A DNA stretch of 64,000 nt from an uncultured delta proteobacterium (lineage in GTDB: Bacteria > Myxococcota_A > Polyangia > Haliangiales > Haliangiaceae): the NCBI GenBank assembly GCA_963743525.1, contig CAVUQH010000003.1, forward strand, positions 896,001 to 960,000. Reading direction: 5' to 3'. The notes under the pieces are model-generated. The model searched no databases. It saw only the letters and a program-made list of their open reading frames with translations, and was not told the origin of the DNA. Each line of letters begins with the position of its first letter. Position 1 is the stretch's first letter. The position numbers and the translations under genes were made by a program. This document shows positions 1-9,574 of the stretch, in pieces.

Positions 1-365
1 ATGTGGTCCCCTATGTTTGCCGCCCCAGCGACAGCGGCATGGACCTCGACGTCCTCGCCGCCCGCGGCGATCCCCTCGGGGCCGGCGATGCCAAGAGCTA
101 CGTGCAGCACGAAGCCGAGCTGCGCGACGGCGACCTCCTGGTCTGGTACACGGACGGCCTGGTCGAGTGCGCCAACCCGCGCCGGCAGCAGTTCGGCGAC
201 CGGCGCATGCAGCGGATGCTGCGCCGCCTGGACCGCGCGGTGACCGACGTCGCCGCCGTCCGCGATCACGTCGTCCGCGCCGCCGTCGCTTTCCAGGAAG
301 GCCACCCCGCAGACGATGACATTACGCTGGTCGTGGGTAGAATCAGCGGTACTGTCACCAGCTGA
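1..365 (+). CDS. PP2C/SpoIIE-type protein phosphatase, C-terminal part (5' truncated by window edge)
   Basis: [13 protein letters not shown]...FG..R and ADDDITLVV motifs of the SpoIIE/RsbU phosphatase domain (frame of ORF 3..365). Confidence 0.85.
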   Translation, partial: VVPYVCRPSDSGMDLDVLAARGDPLGAGDAKSYVQHEAELRDGDLLVWYTDGLVECANPRRQQFGDRRMQRMLRRLDRAVTDVAAVRDHVVRAAVAFQEGHPADDDITLVVGRISGTVTS

Positions 366-385
366 CCCGACCTGATCGAAGTGCC

Positions 386-1126
386 GTGAAGCTCCGCCTC
401 CTCACGTACAACGTTCACAAATGTATCGGCGGCGTCGACCGCCGTTACGATCCCGAGCGCATCCGCGAGACCATCGCTCACTACGAGCCCGACGTCGTCG
501 CGCTGCAAGAGGTCGACCAGGCCGCCCGCCGTTCCAACGTCGACAGCCAGGTCGACCTGCTCGGTGACCTGCTGGGCCTGCGCCACCGTACCTGGTTCCC
601 CAATGTCCGCGTCCGCGGCGGCGGCCAGTACGGCAACGCCATCCTGTCCCGGTTCCCGCTGACCGAGAGCACCAACATCGACCTGACCATTCCGCCCAAG
701 AAGCGCCGCAGCGTCTTGCACGCCCGCTACCGGGTACGCACACCCGGCGCGCGAGGCCGCCACACCCGCACCGTCCACGTCTACAACATGCACCTGGGCC
801 TGTCGGGCATCGAGCGCAAGATCCAGCTGCGCAAGTTCCTCGACAGCCACCCGTTCGTCGGCCTCCACGCCGACACCCCGATCATCGTCTGCGGCGACCT
901 CAACGACGTCTGGGGCACCCTGGGCCCCAAGCTGTTCAACCCCGCCGGCTTCCGCAGCATCGGCCGGCCGCTGCGCACTTTCCCCGCCTACGCCCCGGTC
1001 CGCGCCCTCGACGGCATCTACGTCCGCGGCGACGCCCGCATCGTCAACGCCCAGCGCGGCCAGGTCAACATCGCCAAGCGCGCCTCCGACCACCTGCCGC
1101 TCATCGCCGACCTCGACATCGGCTGA
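386..1126 (+). CDS. Endonuclease/exonuclease/phosphatase (EEP) family protein, YbhP-like
   Basis: [36 protein letters not shown] and ASDHLPL motifs. Confidence 0.9.
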   Translation: MKLRLLTYNVHKCIGGVDRRYDPERIRETIAHYEPDVVALQEVDQAARRSNVDSQVDLLGDLLGLRHRTWFPNVRVRGGGQYGNAILSRFPLTESTNIDLTIPPKKRRSVLHARYRVRTPGARGRHTRTVHVYNMHLGLSGIERKIQLRKFLDSHPFVGLHADTPIIVCGDLNDVWGTLGPKLFNPAGFRSIGRPLRTFPAYAPVRALDGIYVRGDARIVNAQRGQVNIAKRASDHLPLIADLDIG

Positions 1127-1135
1127 GTTGTCGGC

Positions 1136-1432
1136 TCAGCGATACGGACCCTTGGTGCCGGGGCCCTTGATGAGGCGGGTGCGGTACTGCTCGCCCACCG
1201 GGATCTCCGCGGGGGCTTCGGCGAACCACTGCGCGTAGCCGCAGCTGCGGCAGACGTAGACGCGCAGGGGACCGTAGCCGTGGGCGGGGTTGCGGCCCGA
1301 GAACATCCACCGCGGGTCGTAGGTGACGCACATTGCCTTCTCGAAGTCGTTGTCGCCGAACTCGGCAACCACCGACTCGAGGACCTCGTTGTGCTCGCAC
1401 ACCGGACACTGTCCCTTCCGCATGTCGCGCAT
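1136..1432 (-). CDS. Small zinc-ribbon hypothetical protein
   Basis: CPVC ... VCRSCGYAQWF (two CxxC pairs); start moved to MRDMRKG because the upstream part of ORF 1136..1630 overlaps the next gene. Confidence 0.65.
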   Translation of the reverse strand: MRDMRKGQCPVCEHNEVLESVVAEFGDNDFEKAMCVTYDPRWMFSGRNPAHGYGPLRVYVCRSCGYAQWFAEAPAEIPVGEQYRTRLIKGPGTKGPYR

Positions 1433-1461
1433 GGGCGGCAGCATAGCACCGCGCGCACGGG

Positions 1462-2028
1462 CTATCGCTCGATCGCGCGGCGCAGGAGGTCGGGTGCCGG
1501 CGCGTTGGAGCCGCGGCGCTCGCGCTCGACCGCCCACATGTACAGGCAGGTGTAGTAGGCGGCGCGGCACATCGACGCGGTGGTGATGAAGAACAGCATC
1601 GCCGCGGTGAATCCGCCGTAGGAAATCCACACGCCGAGGGACGGTGCGAGCCTGGCCACGCCGAGGCCGAGGACGAACAACGCGCCGCCGGCGAGGCAGG
1701 TGATCAGCCCGGGGGCGAGACGCACGCCGCTGTCGCCGGCCGAGGCGGGCAGGAAGTTGCCGCGGTGCAGCTTGCGCACGCGCGGCTGATCGTGCCGATG
1801 AGCGACAGCGCAGGCACCAGCAGCGACAGGCAGGTCAGCGCCATCGGCAGACCGAACCGGGCGTAACCGGCGATGGCGGCGGCGCCGAGGACGGCAACCA
1901 CCGCGACCCGGAGCAGCATGCCGACGGCTGCCGGCGCCAGCAGCGTTCGCCGGGCCCAGACCATGCGATAGACCCCGCGCATGAAACGCCAGCTGGCGCG
2001 CAAGGTGAAGAGGCGTTCGGCTCCCATC
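1462..2028 (-). pseudogene. Membrane protein (DUF6159-like), frameshifted near 1780 and possibly internally deleted
   Basis: Hydrophobic N-terminus in ORF 1704..2036 (ASWRFMRGVYRMVW...) continues in the frame of ORF 1462..2046 (…AYYTCLYMWA…APAPDLL); family call from memory. Confidence 0.45.
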
Positions 2029-2148
2029 GCGGTCACTCCCGATCATACGCGTGAGCTGTCAGGGAGATCCATGAGCCTTGCCCACCCCCGGTCGCGGAGC
2101 CAATCCCGGGCGGCCCGACGCGAGGCCGAGCCGACCGGGAAGCCCGAC

Positions 2149-4098
2149 TCACTGGGCCGAGAACGCGGCCTTCATGGCGTTGGTGAACACCGACTTGGCG
2201 TCCATCTGCCCGTTGAGCATCAGCATCGCGATCACGCCGTTGTCGCAGCTGACCAGGACGGTGCTCAGCTGTGCGCCGCCGTTCATGTTGCCGGGGAAGA
2301 AGCCGCCCTTGCCGTAGCACTTGGTGCCGTCGGCGTAGGTGCCGTAGTCACCGAAGCCCAGACCGTCGGTCTTCAGCTCGGCGATCACGCTGCTCGGCAG
2401 AAGGACGTTGCCGAACGTCGCGGCGGCGAAGTCGGCCAGCTCGTGGATCGAGTTGTGGCCGCCCGCGCTGCCCGGCTTCAGCGTCCAGTCACCGTAGTAG
2501 GTGCCGTGGGCGCCGCCCGGCGGGTTGGGGTAGAACAGCGTCGGCGCCGAGCCAGTGGGCTTGTACTTCACGTTGTAGATGCCAATCGGCGAGAAGATCT
2601 CGTCGTTGACGTAGTTGATGAAGCGCGCGGCGCTGCCGTCGCCGTTGGTCTGCCAGTCGGTGAAGCCGTCGAGGCTGGCCACCAGCACCCGCAACAGCGC
2701 GTAGTTGATGTTGGCGTAGCTGGGGACCTTGTCCGCCATGGAGATCTCGTGCTCCATCAGCGTCTTCACGTTGGCGTAGTAGTAGTCGCCGCCACCGTCG
2801 GCGTTGCGCAGACCGCTGGAGTGATTGAGCACCTCGGCGAACGTGATGGTCTTGTTGTTGGCCGGAATGTTCCAGTACGACGGCAGGAAGGTCCAGATCG
2901 GCGTGTTCACGTCGATGCCCTTCTGGTGCAAGAGCTGCAGCGCCGCCACTGCGGTGATGGTCTTGGACACGCTGGCCGGGTTGAACCGGTCGTAGACGGA
3001 GAAGTTGGTCTCCGGCAGGTCGGCGCTGGTGCGCCCCGGACCTTCGGCATGTTGCTTCACCGTCAGGCCGCGGCGAATCTCGTAGCCCCACTTGGTGATG
3101 ACGCCCGAGACCTGGTTGTCGATGTCGGTCGCCATGTCCGACAGGTGAAAGCACTGGCCGTTGCGGCAGTAGTCGCCGGTCTTGGCATTCGGCTCGGCCA
3201 CCCAGATCGCCGCGTAGCGCGCCGTGCCCGCCAGCGAGTAGCCGTCCACCTGCGTCAGCCGGTAGCCCTGCAGCTGGTGGTCGGTGAACTCGTGCTGATA
3301 ACCACCCGCGGTCATGCCGTGCCGCGCGAGCAGGGTGCGACCCGAGCTCTTCTCCCAGATCGCCGCGTAGCGGTCGCTGGTGCCGACCCGGTAGCCGCTC
3401 ACGTGCGTCAGCCGATAGCCCAGCCGCGCGTAGTAGTTGAAGTAGCTCTGATAGGTCGACGACGACATCCCGTGACGGGCGGCCCACGCCGGCCCGCTGG
3501 TGCCGTAGGTCCAGATCGCGGCGTAGTAGTCGACGCCGCCGATGCCGTAGCCCTGGACCCAGGTCAGCCGATAGCCGCGCGACGTCCAGTAGTTGAACTG
3601 CGACTGATAGCTCGAGCTGGTCATGCCGTGGCGCGCGACCCACGCCGGCCCGCTGCTCTTCTCCCAGATCGCCGCGTACCGGGCCGAGCCGCCCTGGTCG
3701 TAGCCGTCGATCACGGTGAGCCGGTAGCCCTGACCGACCCAGTAGTTGAACTGGCTCTGGTACTGCGACGACGTCATGCCGTGGCGGGCCACCCAGGCCG
3801 GTCCCGACTTCTTTTCCCACAGCGCGGCAAACTGCACCGCGCCGTTGACGTCGTATCCACTTACGTCGGTCAGTCGATATCCCTTCCCCACCCAGTAGTT
3901 GAACTGGCTCTGGTACTCCGACGCCGACATCCCGTGCCGCGCCACCCATGGCGCCGGCAACAAACTGATCGTCGGGAGACCCGAAATGACGAGTGACTCC
4001 TGGCTCTCACTTTCGGTGCCGGGCTCACCCTCGTCAACCACACAACCCACCAGCGCGGCCGCCGTCACGGCGGCAAACACAAACGAACGGATCCTCAC
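2149..4098 (-). CDS. Lipoprotein serine hydrolase: five BTRD1 (polyglycine-hydrolase-like) repeats plus beta-lactamase-family domain
   Basis: AAAGGAG RBS before GTG at 4098; lipobox LVGC; five ~51-aa WVARHGM..YQ..F..GYRL..GY..AAIW repeats; SVSK (SxxK), YAN (YxN) and GKGG motifs. Confidence 0.85.
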   Translation of the reverse strand: MRIRSFVFAAVTAAALVGCVVDEGEPGTESESQESLVISGLPTISLLPAPWVARHGMSASEYQSQFNYWVGKGYRLTDVSGYDVNGAVQFAALWEKKSGPAWVARHGMTSSQYQSQFNYWVGQGYRLTVIDGYDQGGSARYAAIWEKSSGPAWVARHGMTSSSYQSQFNYWTSRGYRLTWVQGYGIGGVDYYAAIWTYGTSGPAWAARHGMSSSTYQSYFNYYARLGYRLTHVSGYRVGTSDRYAAIWEKSSGRTLLARHGMTAGGYQHEFTDHQLQGYRLTQVDGYSLAGTARYAAIWVAEPNAKTGDYCRNGQCFHLSDMATDIDNQVSGVITKWGYEIRRGLTVKQHAEGPGRTSADLPETNFSVYDRFNPASVSKTITAVAALQLLHQKGIDVNTPIWTFLPSYWNIPANNKTITFAEVLNHSSGLRNADGGGDYYYANVKTLMEHEISMADKVPSYANINYALLRVLVASLDGFTDWQTNGDGSAARFINYVNDEIFSPIGIYNVKYKPTGSAPTLFYPNPPGGAHGTYYGDWTLKPGSAGGHNSIHELADFAAATFGNVLLPSSVIAELKTDGLGFGDYGTYADGTKCYGKGGFFPGNMNGGAQLSTVLVSCDNGVIAMLMLNGQMDAKSVFTNAMKAAFSAQ

Positions 4099-4249
4099 GT
4101 GCGTAGCTCCTTTGCTCGGCCGTCCTTCGGCCATTCGTGCCGAGAGAGGGCCGCGAGCGAAAACGTGACGCCCCGCGGGCCGGAAAAATATGATTAATTT
4201 CAGATGGCTAGGATGCTTCGCATGAGCGTCGCATCGCCGGCCTGTCCGC

Positions 4250-4942
4250 TTACGGCGCGTGCGGCTCGCGCCACTGCAGCGTTGCCAGTACTGCGTCGAA
4301 CACAGGCGCCCACTTGTCCACGAGGGGCTGCTCGATGCGGTACGTCGCGCGGAACACGCCGTTCGGCAGCTCGACGTAGTAGCTCTGCACGAGCGACCGT
4401 ACCGTTGCGGCGGGATGGGTTCCCTCGTCGGGGCCGCCGGCCACCATGTGTCTGGGGACCTGTTCCACCAGCTCGGCGCACCAGAGCGTTGCGGGTTTTC
4501 CCGCGAGAAGCTGTTTGCTCTCGCTGGGCTCGGTGACGGTGGACTGATCAGACGTCAGTGCCTTGGTGAAGTCGGCTGCTCCCTGGATGGCATCCATGCC
4601 CAGCTGGAGGGTTGCTCCGCTGACACCGCGCGGCGCGATCACCAGGATCGCCTGCTGGGGCGAGAGCTCCTGCAGTTGGTCTTCGAGCTCGGGCGGTACC
4701 TGCAGCTCTATCGGTGTCGCGAGGTGCGTACCAGTAACGGTGCGCCAGGTGGTATCGGGTTGTATGGGGCTCACGGGCTGCCTCCGCAAACGCGTGCCAC
4801 ACGTCATCTCTTTCGGGAGATGCTTGTTGGCTTCCTCGTGGGATCGGTCGTCGGTCTGGGGATGCCCTTTTGAGCAGGCCGTGCCCAGTGTGCCGCCGCC
4901 GATGACGAGGGCGAGGATGGTTGATCGGAGCAAAGAGCTCAT
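4250..4942 (-). CDS. Hypothetical lipoprotein, possibly PsbP/Mog1-like fold (candidate immunity protein)
   Basis: Signal peptide ending GTAC; C-terminal QSYYVEL..VFRATY...WAPVFDAVLATLQW; ATGA overlap with the upstream gene; more A/T-ending codons than neighbours. Confidence 0.6.
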   Translation of the reverse strand: MSSLLRSTILALVIGGGTLGTACSKGHPQTDDRSHEEANKHLPKEMTCGTRLRRQPVSPIQPDTTWRTVTGTHLATPIELQVPPELEDQLQELSPQQAILVIAPRGVSGATLQLGMDAIQGAADFTKALTSDQSTVTEPSESKQLLAGKPATLWCAELVEQVPRHMVAGGPDEGTHPAATVRSLVQSYYVELPNGVFRATYRIEQPLVDKWAPVFDAVLATLQWREPHAP

Positions 4943-5812
4943 GACTTCAGCAGGGCGATCAGGTCGTCAGTGTTGTACTCGATCGCGAAACCCAGGTGAC
5001 CCGACTTGATCGACGTCCAGAAATCACCAAACGGTCGGAGATCGGCGTGGCCCGCCAGGAAACTCTTGGCCTTCTGGCCCATGTTGAGCGCCTGGGCCCG
5101 AACCAGCAAGGATTCGCCGATGAACGTGTACATGAGGAAGTTTCGCGCCTCCTCGTAGTCACCCGTGTCGAACGCACCGTCAACAAAGCCGAGTTGAGCC
5201 AGGCGCTCGTACCCCAGCGTTGGGTGGTTGGAGGTAATCAGCAAGCGGACTTGAGGGTTCCCGCGGATGGACTGCTTTTCGTTGGCATCGAGGCCATTCC
5301 ACGTGTCTTCGAGCTTGGATTGCTTGGACTCGATTGCGCGAAGGAAGTTGTCGATCTTGGGATCGTTCGTCGCGTTGGCGCTGTCGGGATGGTTGTGGTT
5401 GTCGATCTGGCTCTTGAGCGTCGCGTTGTTCTGGTATGCGGCAGCGATGTTTGCGTACGCAGAGCTGCTAAATAGATGGTTCTTGATCGCCAGCGCTCTG
5501 GCATTGGTGGCGCTGATGGTCACCGACGCCCCTCCAATGGTCAGCGCCTTCGTGAGCGGTGATGTGGGCCGACTCGGTCGCGGGCTCGCTGGACGCCGAC
5601 TCCGCCTTCCGCTGGATTGCACCGCCGTACCGTCTGAGTGATGGAACGCGACTGTTCGCATGCGGGTTGCCCGAGTAGCGGTTGGCGGTTGGCGAACTGC
5701 CACGGGCGCCGCTGGGCTCGGCGGGGACGCTGTGCGGAGCCTCATTTGCGGGTGTCTCTTTCCCCTCGTCCTTCACCACCAACCTCGTTGCCCGCCGCAG
5801 AGGGCGACTCAC
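4939..5812 (-). CDS. Hypothetical protein with frame switch near 5548 (candidate secreted effector or remnant)
   Basis: GC3-rich frame is ORF 5468..5812 upstream (…AIQRKAESASSEPATESAHITAHEG) and ORF 4939..5745 downstream (ALTIGGASV…DLIALLKS). Confidence 0.5.
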
Positions 5813-6045
5813 ACACTACTCATCCCGGGGGCTTGCAGTCCACGAACCCCGGGGATTCCAGGAGCTCAGATGCGACGCATCCGGCGCGGGAGCGGCCGGC
5901 CCTGAGCTGGCCAGAACGGGCGTATAGGCCACCTCCGGGGGCGATCCTGGGGATCTTCGCGCACGGCCGCGACCCTGGCATAATCGGGGGCCATGCCCGG
6001 GACCCAGAGCGGTGAGGCCACGCGCGGCCCCACGGAGTGTGGTGC

Positions 6046-7572
6046 GTGAACGCCAAGGTCAACGACGCGTTGATCGGCAAAGTCATCGCCGACCGCTACC
6101 GGGTGACGCGGCTGATCGGCCAGGGTGGAATGGGCGCGGTCTACGAGGTTGCGCACACGCGGATCCGCAAGCGGTTCGCGATGAAGACGCTGGCGGCGCA
6201 CCTGTCCGGTGACGAGGACGCGCTGGCGCGGTTCCGTCGCGAGGCCGACATCATCGCGACGCTGAATCACCCGAACATCGTCAACATCGTCAACTGGGAC
6301 GTTCTCGATGACGGCTCGCCGTGCATGATCATGGAGCGGCTCGAGGGCGAGAGCCTGGCTGGCCGCCTGCGCCGGGATGGCGCCATGTCCTGGTCGGAGA
6401 TCGGCGCGATCGCAGATCCGGTGCTGGCGGCGCTGTCGGTGGCGCACCAGGCGGGCGTGGTGCACCGGGACCTCAAGCCGCAGAACATCTTCCTCGCGCG
6501 CGACGGCAGCGGCGCCGAGACGCCCAAGCTGCTCGACTTCGGCGTGTCGAAGATGCGCGACTCGCAGTCGTTCGTGACCACCGACGAGCGAATGCTGGGC
6601 ACGCCCGCGTATATGTCGCCGGAGCAGGCGCAGGGGATTCAGGCCGACGTCGGCCCGTCGACTGACGTCTGGGCGATGGGCGCCATCTTGTTCGAGATGG
6701 TCACCGGGGAGTGCGCGTTCGTCGGCGCCAGCGTGCCGTCGATCCTCTATCACATCTGTCACGGCGAGCCGCGGAAGGTCACCGACCTCCGGCCCGACAC
6801 GCCCGGTGCCGTGGCGTCGCTGCTCGAGCGGACGCTGTCGCACAACGGCTACGAGCGGGTGACCGAGTGCGACGTTCTTCGCGCGGAGCTTCGCTCGGCG
6901 CTCGAGGGCGTTGCGGACTTGCCGGTGGTCACGCGCAAGCGGGCCATCTCCGAGGCCGCGCTGGCGGCAACCGCGCCGCGCCTGGCGATGGCGCCGACCA
7001 CGCTGGGCTCGTCGAGCGGCGAGTCGATCGCGGTGCCGAAGGAGGAGGACCCGCCCGAGCGCCGTTCGCGCTGGCCGTTGCCGCTGGTCGGGTTGGGCGT
7101 GCTGGCCGGGGTGGTGCTGTTGGCCGTGCGCATGCTCGGCTCGGGCAGCCGGTCGCCGGATTCGACGGCGGCGGTCGCGACGCCGACCGACGCCTCGACC
7201 GTGTCGCTGGCGGCACCGCCGGATGCGGCAGCCATCGCCGAGCAGGTGAGCCCGGCCGACGCCGCGCCGCCGGCCCAGGTGACGATCACGCTGGAGAGCG
7301 TGCCGTCGAAGGCGTGGGTCGTCAACAGCGACGGCAAGCGCCTGGGCCGAACGCCGTACCGGGTGGTCATGGCGCAGGGGTCGGAGCGGGCGCTCCGCCT
7401 CGAACGCACCGGCTATCACCACGAGAGCGTGACCCTTCGCGGCGATCGCGATCACACCGAGCGGGTGGATCTGTCGCGCAAGCGGGGCAATAGCGTGCGC
7501 ACCGAGCCCCACGAGGAGAAGAACGTGCGCGGCAAGCCGTCCAATCCGTTCGCCAACAAGGGCGACAATTGA
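6046..7572 (+). CDS. Hanks-type Ser/Thr protein kinase with TM segment and PEGA domain
   Basis: GQGGMGAVY, AMK, HRDLKPQN, DFG, GTPAYMSPEQ, DVWAMG; TM helix; ITLESVPSKA..LGRTP PEGA-like; GGAG RBS before GTG at 6046. Confidence 0.95.
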   Translation: MNAKVNDALIGKVIADRYRVTRLIGQGGMGAVYEVAHTRIRKRFAMKTLAAHLSGDEDALARFRREADIIATLNHPNIVNIVNWDVLDDGSPCMIMERLEGESLAGRLRRDGAMSWSEIGAIADPVLAALSVAHQAGVVHRDLKPQNIFLARDGSGAETPKLLDFGVSKMRDSQSFVTTDERMLGTPAYMSPEQAQGIQADVGPSTDVWAMGAILFEMVTGECAFVGASVPSILYHICHGEPRKVTDLRPDTPGAVASLLERTLSHNGYERVTECDVLRAELRSALEGVADLPVVTRKRAISEAALAATAPRLAMAPTTLGSSSGESIAVPKEEDPPERRSRWPLPLVGLGVLAGVVLLAVRMLGSGSRSPDSTAAVATPTDASTVSLAAPPDAAAIAEQVSPADAAPPAQVTITLESVPSKAWVVNSDGKRLGRTPYRVVMAQGSERALRLERTGYHHESVTLRGDRDHTERVDLSRKRGNSVRTEPHEEKNVRGKPSNPFANKGDN

Positions 7573-8432
7573 TGCGGCCGCTGCTGGTGCTCGCGCTGCT
7601 GCTCTGCTGGGCCGCGCCCGCGGCGGCGCAGTCGCGCGACGAGGTGCGCGCGGCCGAAGGGCACTACAAGCAGGCCGAGGCGTTCTTTGCCGCCAAGGAA
7701 TTCGACAAGGCCTATGCCGAGTTCAAGGCGGCCTACGAGCTGGCGGCCGAGCCGCTGCTGTTGTTCAACATGGGCCTGTGCGATCGGGCGCTCGGCCGCA
7801 AGCAGGCGGCGCTCGACCACTTCAAGCAGTACGTCGAGGCCCAACCGCGCGGCGAGCGAGTGGCCGAGGCCAGCGACTACATCGTCGCGCTGACCAAGGC
7901 GCTCGAGCAGGATGCCGCCCGCGCCGAGGCGCAGCGCAAGGCGGACGAGGCCGCGCGCGCGCAGCGCCAGCGCGAGGAGGCCGAGCGCCAGCGCCAGGCC
8001 GAAGAGCAGCGTCGCCAGGAAGCTGAGAAGCAGCGCCAGGCCGAGGCCGCGCGGCGCGACGCAGAGGCTCGCGCAGCCCGGCGGCGCCGGGGCAAGCTCG
8101 TGCGCATCGCCGGCCTGGCGACCGCCGCGGTTGGTGTGGTGGGGCTCGGCATGGGCGGCAAGTACGCCGTCAACGCGCGCAGCATCGACCACGAGCTGTC
8201 AACGCATCAGGGCGCGTGGACCGACGCGCAGCTCGATCGCGCCGCCGACGGCAAGGCCGCCAACACTCGCACGATCATCGCGGCGGGTATCGGCGGCGCG
8301 CTGGTCATCGGTGGCGCCGTGCTCTACTGGCAGGGCTGGCGGATGGGCCGCGAGGCGCGACCGACCGCCGTGTCGCTGGCGCCGGCGGTGACGCCAGGTT
8401 GGACCGGGTTGACGGTCTCCGGATGTTTCTGA
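7572..8432 (+). CDS. Secreted/membrane TPR protein
   Basis: Signal peptide; TPR-like HYKQAEAFF..FKAAYEL..LLFNMGLC; coiled coil; TM helices; C-terminal GLTVSGCF; start overlaps the kinase stop. Confidence 0.8.
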   Translation: MRPLLVLALLLCWAAPAAAQSRDEVRAAEGHYKQAEAFFAAKEFDKAYAEFKAAYELAAEPLLLFNMGLCDRALGRKQAALDHFKQYVEAQPRGERVAEASDYIVALTKALEQDAARAEAQRKADEAARAQRQREEAERQRQAEEQRRQEAEKQRQAEAARRDAEARAARRRRGKLVRIAGLATAAVGVVGLGMGGKYAVNARSIDHELSTHQGAWTDAQLDRAADGKAANTRTIIAAGIGGALVIGGAVLYWQGWRMGREARPTAVSLAPAVTPGWTGLTVSGCF

Positions 8433-9574
8433 AGCTGCACTGCGCGGCGCTGGCGCTGGTCGCCACCGCCTGTTTCAATCCCGACTACCCGGCGGGGCAG
8501 GCGTGCTCGGAGAGCTTGCGCTGTCCCGACGGCCAGGTCTGCGAACCCAACGGCGAGTGCCTGCCGCCCGCGCCGAGCACCGGCGGCGACCCGCTGATCA
8601 TCCCGATCATCCCCGGCGGCCTGGTGGTCTCCGGCAGCACCATCGTCGTCGGCGGACGCGGCGACGGCGGGCTGAAGTTCTTCACCGTCGACGCCGACGG
8701 CAAGGGCACCAGCCAATTCGCGTCCACCGACATCGACGATTACCCCAGCGACTTCTTCATGTTCGTCAACGGCACCGATGTCCTGATGCTGTATCACTCG
8801 AAGCCGGACATGTGGTTCACCCGCGTGACCATGCAGGGCAACGTCACCGTCGCGCCCAAGAAGCTGTTCGAGTTCGGCGAGTACGGTGGGTGGTCGGGGG
8901 CAGCGCTCGACAGCGGGTACGGCATCGCCTGGTCGTCGGTCACCGATTCGGCCACCGACTACGCCGAGATCGACGGCCAGGGCGCACTGACCCTGGCGCC
9001 CCGCCAGCTGCTCGCCGAATCCTCGCCGGTCAGCTTCGGGCTGGTCGACCTGAGGCGGACCGCCTCTGGCGACGAGCTGGTGGTTCGCTCCAACGGCGCG
9101 CCCGAGCTGTTGCGACTGGCGTCCGACAAGACCCTCGCGTCCAACAACGAGCTGGGATTGACCGGGTATCAGGGCGACACCGCAATGGACGGCGACCAGG
9201 TCCTCATGGCGCTGGGCGACACCTACGAGAACCTCGGCAACCCGCTGGTCCTGGCCCGGATCGGCGCCGACGACAGCATCATCAAGAAAGCCATTCCCCT
9301 TCCCAGCGACGGCGGCGTCAACTATCCCGACGTAGCCTGGACCGGCACCGAGCTGGGCGTCGCCTTCACCTTCGACCGCTACGACGACACCGCCCCGGAG
9401 CTGTGGTTCGCCCGCTTCGACTCCAACCTCGATCCGATCGGGGATCCGATCATGCTCGCCAACACCCACTTCGTGCTTCGCGACGTGACCTGGGTGCCGG
9501 GGCGCTCGGCCTACGCGATCCTCGGCGATCGCGAAGAGGACTCGGCGCTGTTCCTCATCCCGGTCTCGAACTAG
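8423..9574 (+). CDS. Lipoprotein with Cys-rich N-terminus and beta-rich C-terminal domain
   Basis: Lipobox ATAC then CSESLRCPDGQVCEPNGEC; YPDVAWTGTELGVAF and LWFARFD segments; overlaps the TPR gene end. Confidence 0.75.
   Translation: MFLKLHCAALALVATACFNPDYPAGQACSESLRCPDGQVCEPNGECLPPAPSTGGDPLIIPIIPGGLVVSGSTIVVGGRGDGGLKFFTVDADGKGTSQFASTDIDDYPSDFFMFVNGTDVLMLYHSKPDMWFTRVTMQGNVTVAPKKLFEFGEYGGWSGAALDSGYGIAWSSVTDSATDYAEIDGQGALTLAPRQLLAESSPVSFGLVDLRRTASGDELVVRSNGAPELLRLASDKTLASNNELGLTGYQGDTAMDGDQVLMALGDTYENLGNPLVLARIGADDSIIKKAIPLPSDGGVNYPDVAWTGTELGVAFTFDRYDDTAPELWFARFDSNLDPIGDPIMLANTHFVLRDVTWVPGRSAYAILGDREEDSALFLIPVSN

Noticed and set aside
5822..5856. Short GC-rich inverted repeat upstream of the atypical cassette
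   Set aside because: Imperfect and short; plausible by chance at this GC content, with no matching element at the other end of the cassette.
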